From Candidatus Bathyarchaeota archaeon (GTDB taxonomy: Archaea > Thermoproteota > Bathyarchaeia > Bathyarchaeales > Bathycorpusculaceae), in contig CAWHDT010000009.1 in NCBI GenBank assembly GCA_963828195.1, positions 32,001-96,000 of the forward strand: a stretch of DNA of 64,000 nt. The letters run 5' to 3'. The notes beneath the pieces were generated by a model that saw nothing but the letters and a program-made list of their open reading frames with translations, made no database searches and was not told the DNA's origin. A program made the translations under genes and the position numbers. Below, piece by piece: positions 19,267 through 27,788 of the stretch (position 1 is the first letter of the stretch; every line of letters starts with the position of its first letter).

Positions 19267-20880
19267 TTTAAATCACCATTCTCGTGTACATCTGAATGCT
19301 CAGATTTAGTCGCCGAATAAGTAGCCGTGCTATCATTGTCAACTGCCTCCGTCGATTCGGTGTCTGATGATGATCCACTGTAGTTGCCTGTCCATTCCAT
19401 TTCTCTTGCTTCCCAAGGGTTCGGCTCACATGCTACATTTTTTCTGTAGCTTATAATGAGGTTAAGAAGGGTCAGTAATATGGCGGGTCCGAAAACGAAA
19501 GCGCCGACTGTTGCATCAAAATTTAAGGATGCCCACCCAGTGCTTGCTGCGTAGGTGGAAATTCTTCTCGGCATATCCAGAAGGAAGAAGTAAGGAAAAT
19601 AGAGGACGTTAAATCCGATGAAAGAAATTGCAAAGGTGATTTTGGCGAAGGTTTCATTATATTTTCTGTTAGTTATTTTTGGCCACCAATAGTAGAGCCC
19701 TGCTATAAGCGCAAACAATGTCGTTCCAGCCATAACGTAATGAAAGTGACCTACAATCCAATACGTCCCGTTAAAAGCGTAATCTAAAACTGGGAATGCT
19801 TGCAAGACGCCAGTGACTCCGCCAAGAGTGACCGTAAATATTGCAGCTAAACAATACAGCATTGGCGCTGTAAGCTTTATCCTGCCTTTGTAGAGAGTTA
19901 GCACTAAACCAAGAACTAGCCCCTCAAAAGGCACAGAAATAGCTAGTGTCATCACAGAGAAAACTTGTAACTCATTGTAGTTTACACCCGTAGTGAACAT
20001 GTGGTGCATCCAGACGCCCATGCTCAGAAAAGTGACGGCGGCAAACTCTATTATGAAAATTTTTTTCTGGAAAAGTGGTTTTTTAGCGAATGTCATGAAA
20101 ACTTCGGCAATAATGCCTAAAGCGGGAAATACTACTATGTAAACTTCTGGGTGTCCAAAAAACCAGAAAAGCTCTTCCCACATGATGCTTCCTCCCTGAA
20201 CGGAGCTGAAGAAGACGGTTCCCAGGACTCTGTCAGTTGTAAGCAGCAGAAGTCCCGCGGCTAATGGTGGGAAGGCGAAGAGCGCCAGCACCATCGTCAT
20301 AAGAATGGACCAAGTGAAAACTGGGAGCCGCGTCCAAGTTACGCCTTTAGCTCGGTTCTTTGCTATTGTTGTAATGAAGTTAATTGAGGACATTGTAATT
20401 GAGACGGCGAGTAACGCGAGTCCCAACGCGACAAGGGTTGCTCCAGCTTGGGGAGAGAACTGTATAGTGTTTAGAGGCGCATAAAGAGTCCAGCCTGTGT
20501 TTGCGCTGCCTCCTGGAAGAAAAACTGAGCCAACAAGGAGTAAGCCGCTGAAGAGATATGTCCAGTAGCTAGTAGCGTTTAAACGGGGAAACGCCAGGTC
20601 CTTTGCGCCAATTTGAAGTGGCACAATGTAGTTGGCTAGTCGCAGCCCCGAGAGGCGTTAAAACCCACAGTATCATTAAAAGACCATGCAACGTTACAAT
20701 TTGCCCGTAAGTGAAGGGGTTAAGTAAAGTTTCGTCTGGGGTGGCAAGCTGTGTTCGCATAAGCATGCCAAGCGAGCCCGCAATGATTAGAAAAAACACA
20801 GCTGTTACGATGTACAATATGCCTACGCGTTTGTGGTTGGTTGTAGTTAACCATTCTTTGATCGAGAACTCGCTGTACAA
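19263..20880 (-). pseudogene. coxA: Heme-copper oxidase subunit I (A1 type), +1 frameshift near 20641
   Basis: Two ORFs join (..PLGAA/LANYIVPLQIGAKDLAFPRLN); HG, WFFGHPEVY, WMHHMF, GHFHY ligands all present. Confidence 0.85.
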
Positions 20881-20884
20881 CCTT

Positions 20885-21568
20885 TTAGCCTCCCGGCATT
20901 GTTGCGTTTGTAACTGTCTGGTTGGTGAGCCACTGGTTAAAAGCGGTTGGATTCATGACGACAAGGTTCGCCATCATGTCTGTGTGCCCTACGCCGCAGT
21001 ATTCAAAGCAGCGAATAGTGTAGTTTAGTTCACTGTTTCCGTTTAGCGGCGGAGTGGTTATTCCAATAACATTGTATCTTCCCGGTATGGCTTCAATTTT
21101 AACTCTAAAATCCATCAATCCAAAACCATGCATGACATCGGTGCTAGTGACGTTGAAAATTATGCTTTTACTTGCGGGAACATAGCAGGTTCCAGTAATG
21201 TTTACTCCGTTCGGATAGGTAAACCTGAAATCCCACTGGTAAGCCGTGACTTTTATAACTAAACTCTCTGAAACTGGCGGTGGAAAACGCGTATTTGGAG
21301 TTAAAGTAAAGGAGGCTATTGTTAAGCTAAACAAAAGTATAATTGAGATTGAAGCGAATATCAAAGCTTCCTTGGCGCGGCTTTTAGGTAAGCTGATTTG
21401 TGCGAGGAGTTTTGGCTGCCCCTTTCTTTGGCGATATTTTATCACAAAGTAAACCATTGCCACCATGACAATGATTACAGCAGTTACAGCTATGTAGGCA
21501 GCTAAATTGAAAAGATTATTCCACTCTGCAGTTGAGGGAGGCATTGGTTGTGACATAGCATAACCCAT
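20885..21568 (-). CDS. coxB: Heme-copper oxidase subunit II with CuA site
   Basis: Two TMs, YQWDF.F.Y, DVMHGF, CFEYCGVGHTDM. Confidence 0.92.
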   Translation of the reverse strand: MGYAMSQPMPPSTAEWNNLFNLAAYIAVTAVIIVMVAMVYFVIKYRQRKGQPKLLAQISLPKSRAKEALIFASISIILLFSLTIASFTLTPNTRFPPPVSESLVIKVTAYQWDFRFTYPNGVNITGTCYVPASKSIIFNVTSTDVMHGFGLMDFRVKIEAIPGRYNVIGITTPPLNGNSELNYTIRCFEYCGVGHTDMMANLVVMNPTAFNQWLTNQTVTNATMPGG

Positions 21569-21677
21569 TTTGTTTTTTAGAATTATCTAAAGTGAGGATA
21601 AACCACAAGAGGAAGATTCCCAGAAGCAAGCGGTCTTTCTTCAAATATTAGTCTGAAAAATTGAAGTTTTAAACTTG

Positions 21678-21701
21678 TGTGGGTTGCTCTGTACAGTCAC
21701 A
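21678..21701 (-). promoter_or_regulatory. 24-bp dyad regulon site heading the cox operon
   Basis: TGTGACTG-N8-AACCCACA-caagt-TTAAAA. Confidence 0.65.
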
Positions 21702-21769
21702 AGTAAACGAGGTTGAGAAACAGGATTGGAATAAATCTGTCACTTTAATGTAGCTCTATATTGTCAAGG

Positions 21770-23795
21770 TTAGATGGCTTTCTTGGGTTCACCGCGTACT
21801 AGATCCCGACTCCGAAACCTCTCCCTCAACCAATGCCTTACATCGTAGAAGGATATATTTCTGTGTGGGCAGGCCGAAACGCAGTTCCCGTCGCCAATGC
21901 ATTTGTAGTTTCTGAACTCGCCCTTAGCAGCGAATGCCGCCGGCTGACCTGTGAGCCCCAGGGGGCAGACCTTCGAGCAGTCCTTTGTCGTACAGCTGCT
22001 GCAAAGCGCTTTGTCCTTCACCTTTAGCCTAAACAACCCAGCTCGGGATATAAGTTGGTTGAAAGCTCCCCAGCCGCACATGCCAGTTGAGACGCAGCCG
22101 TACGTCCCGACAAAGGGAATCATCATCCAGATAACGTACCAGAGAAAGCCGAAGTAGAACATGAACAGGAAGTAGGCGGGATCCATGCCGAAGACGGAGA
22201 CACCTAAAATTCCTGACAGATGTCAAGTAGGATAGTAAAGCTGCAGCCAGCAGCGAGATCCACACCGCCGATATGGCTACCTTATAGGCGGATGATATCT
22301 TGTTCGTGTGCAGCCTGCATGCAAGCTTGGAAGTTCCACTAAATGAGTTCATGGCATCTAAAGTCGTCCCCTGATACATGAGGGGAGCCATACACGTTAC
22401 AGAGCAGAGTTGCCTGCTGCCGAAAAGAAAGGAAAGGATGCCGCTGATCAGAAATGTGCCGAGCAACGCCATTACTACGGTTGAAGCTATGGCACCTGAG
22501 CTTCCTATCCCAGATGCCCAGCCTAGCCACGGGGTCTGCCTAAGGAGGTTGAACGGGATTACGAATATGGGCAGGAGTATACTGTATACGCCGTAAGGCG
22601 AGAATCAAAAGCAGGAGCCTTACCTTAGTTTCGAGCTCCCGTGTATACTTGATTCTGAAGGCTACAAGCGCGCCCATCTCTATGCCCATCATTATCAGGT
22701 ACCACGGAGACATGGTTATTCTGGTGAAGAACATGATGAAATTGAAAAAGCCCGCACTTAGGGCATTCACAAAGGACCCTGCCGTAGAGGCAAACATCAT
22801 CATATTGAAAAAGCCTGCGCCATACACTTGGATGTCCAAGACTCCGCCCATGAAGAACTCTGCCACGAAAAGGAGCCCCAGGAAACCGAAGACCCAATAC
22901 GGCTTTGCTTGCCAACTTGCGGATTTGGATGAAACAAGTCTTCCTTCGTCCAGCACGATTCCGAAGTACACCACCATCTCGACTATTATGGATAGTACGA
23001 AGACTGTGGCATCGCCGTTAAGAAGCCAGATGAACTGGCCCGCCATCATCAACGCATAAGCCAGCATAAGGAAGAGCAGATAGTTCAGGATGCCTGAACT
23101 GGTGGTCCGATTCTTATAAAGGAACTCAAAGACGTAAATGAAAAGAAAAACCATGACGGCGCTGCCCGCAACCAGGGAGATGCTGGTCCAGAGAGAGTTG
23201 TCAATCGCTGTGGGAGACAGAATCATTATGATGGTTTGAGATGCCATGATCCAGATGAGTGGCTTCGGCAGCCTGCTTCTTATGAAGAAAAGCGTTATTC
23301 CCATCTCGGCGGACATCATGAAGATAAACCAGAAGGAGCTCGTAGCGTGAATAAGGGCTGAATAGACCCATTGTAGACCGCTAGAAATCGATACCGTACC
23401 GTCAAGGAGCGCAAAGGTCCAGCCCATAAACATCTCAGAAAGGACGACCAAGGCGATGATCGACGCGATCAAAAGAAATCTGATGTTGCCCTCCTTATTC
23501 TTCAGCAGGCTATCGTTTCCCCTGCGTGTTGCAAAAAGAGCGGCAACAGTTGCTACGCCTGCCACCGCCAGGTTAATGGCCCCCAGATCAATGAGTGTAA
23601 CTGATGTTTGAATGTAAAGGTAGACGACTGTGCTGATGAATGTCGTAGCAATCATTGAGAGGAGGAAGAGCACCATCCAAGCTTCCCTTGGAGCCTTGAT
23701 TTCCGAGCCTTTTTTGATAAGCCCGTGAAGACAGCCATCAATCCTTCGATTATCCAGAAGGGAATTAGAGTAGCAAAACCCAAGTCCTTCACCAA
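21770..23795 (-). pseudogene. Polytopic membrane protein with C-terminal 4Fe-4S (NapH/YccM-like) domain; ~3 frameshifts
   Basis: Frames join at ~23720, ~22596, ~22214; CSVTC, C..TGMC, CSSC..DCSKVCP, CIGDGNCVSACP. Confidence 0.7.
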
Positions 23796-23871
23796 TTTTT
23801 CTAGTTTTATTTATTGGGCGTAGTGTATGGCATAGCCAAAAGCCTATTGACGTGCAAGCTATATAACGCTG

Positions 23872-23895
23872 TGCTGTCAGTGTTAGCCAACAACA
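23872..23895 (-). promoter_or_regulatory. 24-bp dyad regulon site (variant right half)
   Basis: TGTTGTTG-N8-TGACAGCA-cagcg-TTATAT. Confidence 0.45.
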
Positions 23896-23969
23896 GCCCA
23901 TAGTCGTTTAGAGAAATAGCCCCTTACAAAAGCTCAGTTTTTCTTCAATGATGTGACGCTTCAGGACAC

Positions 23970-24267
23970 ATGAGCAAGGAATCGAAATGGTTAGAAGAAA
24001 AGTTGCATTTAAACTTGGTTGTGATTTTTGTGATGATGTTTCCTTCGCTATTCATATTTTACATTGACCCAAATGTAACCTTCTTTTCATCCTTCTCGAT
24101 ACTTCAGATCGTTCATAGTATTATCGGGTTTCCAGCAGTCACACTGGCCTTGATGTTGCCTTCAATGATTTGCCGAAAAACACCAAGAAATGGATGCTTG
24201 CCACATCGATTTTATGGTTAACGAACATTGCCTTAGGCGCAACTGTGTATTTCACCATGCCAAGTTA
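23970..24267 (+). pseudogene. Truncated, frameshifted small membrane protein (DUF420-like)
   Basis: LNLV..MMFPS..IVHSIIG; a 1-nt shift at ~24157 restores AFNDLPKNTKKWMLATSILWL..GATVYF. Confidence 0.45.
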
Positions 24268-24334
24268 AAAACTCGGTAATTAGTTATTGTAATTGTGGAA
24301 AAATGACCGCCTTTTTAGCTACAATTCGGTTTTG

Positions 24335-25903
24335 CTATTTTTTATGGAACTTAGGAATCTCCTTAGAAATCAATAGCTCATCTATCCTCAGCATAAGCGC
24401 CGAAACCTCATTAGCCCTCCTGATTACCGAGCGCTTTATCCTTGCAGGTTCCACGCAAACCATCTCGCCGCAACCTTGCTCCCTCACACCATGGCTTGTT
24501 AATCTGTTTGCATGATTATTTCTTAATTGAAGAAGCACATCTATTGAGTTTAGCCCGTAATTTTCCGCCAAACACCTTGGAACCTCCATCAACGCCGCCC
24601 CAAAGGATTCGATTGCAACCTGTTCCCTGCTTGGAAATCCCATGGCAAAGCTTTTCAATTCCTCGGCAATTTGAGCTTCTGCTGCTCCACCTCCAGGCAA
24701 AACTCTGTCATCGCTAGCCATTACATTTAGGACCACCAAGCTGTTGCGGATCGCAGTTTCAAGTTCGTCAATTGCTTGCGGTACGCTTCCCCTAAGCAAG
24801 AAAGTAGCTCCCTTGCATCCTTGGATAGTCACGGTTTTTTCAAGCTCTATTTTCCCAGTGTACAGCTCCTCTGCAACGCCTAAATCTTCCTCTGTAAGCT
24901 CACGGAGTTGCCCAACAATCTTAGCTCCAGTGGCCTTAGCGACTGCTTGCGAATCTTTTATATCAACACTCTCAAGAGCAAAAATGCCCTGCAAAAACAA
25001 TTTATCTTTCACACTTTGATCAAGCGGCTGTTCGCAGAGAAGCACGTTTGCTTTAAGCGCAATCATTTTCTCTAAAGCTTCAGTCCTCAACTTGGTCTCG
25101 GTTTCTTTGAATTTTCTCATTTGATCTGCACTTTGAATGCTCAACTTGATTTGGGGTGGTCCCTCCCGCCTCATTTTAGTATCTAAACGATTTATCCCCG
25201 GGCTTTCACTGGTAATTGCTATACGCAGATTTTTAATTCTATCAGGCATGTTAGGGTGCGCTTTTTCCTTTTTTACAACGACGCCTTTGACTAGGCTTGA
25301 TTCTTGGATGTTGCCGCCTGGTTTCTTTAAAAATCTCACGTTCTCCTTTTCGAATTTACCCTCCCATGAAGCCAGTGGATACGCTTCCCTTATCATCGAG
25401 CGCACATGTGACGTCAAGAGGTTTCTTCTGCAGTCAACAATATCTAAAATATCGCTGTTTACGCCATCAGGCGTTGTCGCTTGCTTGTCAATTATTTCCA
25501 GCGCCTTATTTGTCGCCAAATGATAACCGTGAATGATGATGTTTGGGTGAATCTTTGCTGATATAAGCTCGTCCGCTTTTTTTAGCAGCGCCGACAAGAA
25601 CACCACAAAAGTTGCCACGCCATCGCCAGCCTCTTCGCGCTGCATTTTGGCGGATTCAGAAATGATAACCGCTGGCGGGTACATGATTGCCAGTTCATCC
25701 AAAATTGCAATCGCGTCCTTCGTGACTTTTGTCACCTGCTCTGGACCACGATTGTAGCTGACTATCTTGTACGCGCCCTGTGGACCGAGGGTGCTTCGGA
25801 TTTTGTCTGCGGCGAAAATGGCTAAGCGTAGATTTTCTCGCCAGGCCTCTTTTCCAGTTGTGCGTTTGATTTTTGGAGAAATTACTGTTTCCATAGGTAT
25901 CAT
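24335..25903 (-). CDS. Divergent group II chaperonin (thermosome-like)
   Basis: RSTLGP.G, GDG, IHPNIIIHGY, HPNMP.RIKN.RIA, LPGGGAAE, LAENYG, LMLRIDE. Confidence 0.85.
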   Translation of the reverse strand: MIPMETVISPKIKRTTGKEAWRENLRLAIFAADKIRSTLGPQGAYKIVSYNRGPEQVTKVTKDAIAILDELAIMYPPAVIISESAKMQREEAGDGVATFVVFLSALLKKADELISAKIHPNIIIHGYHLATNKALEIIDKQATTPDGVNSDILDIVDCRRNLLTSHVRSMIREAYPLASWEGKFEKENVRFLKKPGGNIQESSLVKGVVVKKEKAHPNMPDRIKNLRIAITSESPGINRLDTKMRREGPPQIKLSIQSADQMRKFKETETKLRTEALEKMIALKANVLLCEQPLDQSVKDKLFLQGIFALESVDIKDSQAVAKATGAKIVGQLRELTEEDLGVAEELYTGKIELEKTVTIQGCKGATFLLRGSVPQAIDELETAIRNSLVVLNVMASDDRVLPGGGAAEAQIAEELKSFAMGFPSREQVAIESFGAALMEVPRCLAENYGLNSIDVLLQLRNNHANRLTSHGVREQGCGEMVCVEPARIKRSVIRRANEVSALMLRIDELLISKEIPKFHKK

Positions 25904-25984
25904 TCTTGAATAGGTTAATCAGGTAAGTACATGGAACCCGCAAGTCTACGCATACTTGCTTAGTTTTTTGTGCTCTTAAAACTA

Positions 25985-26008
25985 AGTGGTTGTAGAGACA
26001 CAGCAACA
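25985..26008 (-). promoter_or_regulatory. 24-bp dyad regulon site heading the chaperonin
   Basis: TGTTGCTG-N8-CAACCACT-tagtt-TTAAGA. Confidence 0.65.
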
Positions 26009-26057
26009 AATAGGAAAAATGTGCGAAACTTTGGATCCTAATATCCAAAGTAATGGT

Positions 26058-26410
26058 TTAACTGACTGGATTGAGCATTGGAGGCGATTGTTGCTTGCGT
26101 TTTCTTAGCATAACCACGGTTGTGATAGCTATTACCACAATGATTCCCGCTACTATCGCGTAAATTACTTCTGAAGGCATGGATTTTGTTGGCTGAGGGC
26201 TTGGCGTCGAGGTCAGATTCGGCACTGGGCTTGGGTTTGCCAAAGGCAATTCCACGATGCCTTGGGAGATGTTAATTGGAGACAGAAGCGGGTATCGGTC
26301 TAAGACGTTTGGGTTAGTGGAAATCAAATAAGCGGTGTTGCCTATTCCTGAATTGTCAATTTCTTTGACATTGGGGTATTTGTTAGTATAGTCGCTCCAG
26401 TAGTTTGCGG
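26058..26410 (-). pseudogene. C-terminal remnant of a NosD/beta-helix-type surface protein
   Basis: NYWSDY..YP...EIDNSGIG..Y.I....DRYPL plus Pro linker and TM; no N-terminal part. Confidence 0.6.
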
Positions 26411-26849
26411 ATGCAAAGTCTATGAAGGCGGCTATAGAGAAACAATCAAAGGTCGAGAATTGACGTTTTGCTGTTGCCACTGCGCTGCGTCATATAAAGA
26501 AAGCCTCAAATTATAACAAAAAAGAGCTAAGGTCAGTTCTAAAAGTGTTAACATGTGAGAGGAAAAGCTTAGGCTTTTTGGAGTGTTGCCATTTTGATTT
26601 ATTAAGGTAAATTGCCATTATACTCCGCAAAATTAATACGAATGTTTGATGCCAAAGCCATAACTATACTCTTTCGGAAAATTATTAATTTAGCTACTGA
26701 CTCGAGGCTGTTTTTTTGTGTTACCAAAATTAGCGCATCCTTCTTTGATGTGATCATTATATAGCTTAACATCCTCCAAGATTTGTACTATACAATCACA
26801 AGTTTTGTTCGATACATAATATTTGCAATAAAAAGTAAACAGCTAACAA

Positions 26850-26948
26850 GGTTGGAACTGCTAAGGCGCTCTAACATCTGGAAAGGGGTTTATTGCATTT
26901 TCCTCTTCCTGGTCTTCCTTCAAATGCCTTAGCAGTTCAGCTTTTTTA
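26850..26948 (+). ncRNA. Rod-like hairpin RNA candidate
   Basis: 13-bp perfect stem GAACTGCTAAGGC/GCCTTAGCAGTTC with inner purine/pyrimidine stem, followed by T-run. Confidence 0.4.
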
Positions 26949-27130
26949 TTACTCCGCAACTATCAAAATAAGCCTTGCAAGAACGGGAAACCAGAATTAT
27001 TTTGTGAACAAATAATAATGAAGCTCTATAGCCCGACTAGAACAAAGTTGTATGCTAATGGCCTCTATGGCGTCTTAGCTTTAAAAATATTTTGTGCAAG
27101 CCGCCTTTCACCACCATCGGTTTTGAACAT

Positions 27131-27190
27131 AAACTAACGCGGATAAACGCAGAAAGACGCAGGAAAACGCGCTTCAACGCGAAACAACAC
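27131..27190 (+). repeat. Six AACGC-like motifs phased at exactly 10 bp
   Basis: aaactAACGC ggataAACGC agaaaGACGC aggaaAACGC gcttcAACGC gaaacAACAC. Confidence 0.7.
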
Positions 27191-27375
27191 GAAAACACTC
27201 AACCTGCAAACGCAGCAACTCCTGACGCAAAAAAGCAAACTGAAACACAAAGAACAAAATTTGCGAAAAAATGAAAATTAGAATGTGTCACCTAACTAAG
27301 CTGATGATTTAATTCCTTCGATCGGTATGCACGTGATTTATTAAGGTATAATGCTGTTATAATTGCGGAATTAAA

Positions 27376-27723
27376 ATGAGTGCTCGATGCGAAACCATAG
27401 GAAAATATGTGCTCCCAATCTTCAGGTCACTTGTCGCCAAAGAATTAATCGGCACATTTCACTTAACACAGGTTGAATCGGCAAAGAAACTTAAAACCAC
27501 CCAAGCCGCAGTGAGCCAATACATAAACTCTAAACGCGCCATCAAAGGCACCGAACAGTTCATCGACATCCTGCCCAAAATTCAGGAAGAAGCCAAAAAA
27601 ACCGCAAAGCGCCTCGCAAACCAAGAAACAACATGGGACGAGGTTACGCTTGACTTCTGCAAGCTATGCTCAACATTCTACGCCAAAGAAGAAGACAAAA
27701 CAGGCGACAGCTACATAATATAA
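27376..27723 (+). CDS. Archaeal HTH transcriptional regulator (COG2522-like)
   Basis: CE..LP.FRSLVAKEL..TQ..AKKL.TTQAAVSQY..KR; C-terminal CxxC. Confidence 0.75.
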   Translation: MSARCETIGKYVLPIFRSLVAKELIGTFHLTQVESAKKLKTTQAAVSQYINSKRAIKGTEQFIDILPKIQEEAKKTAKRLANQETTWDEVTLDFCKLCSTFYAKEEDKTGDSYII

Positions 27724-27788
27724 CCCTTGCGGGAAAGGGTGTCAATTTTGCCATTTATTTTCTCTACCTAAATTGGGCGTGGCAAAGG

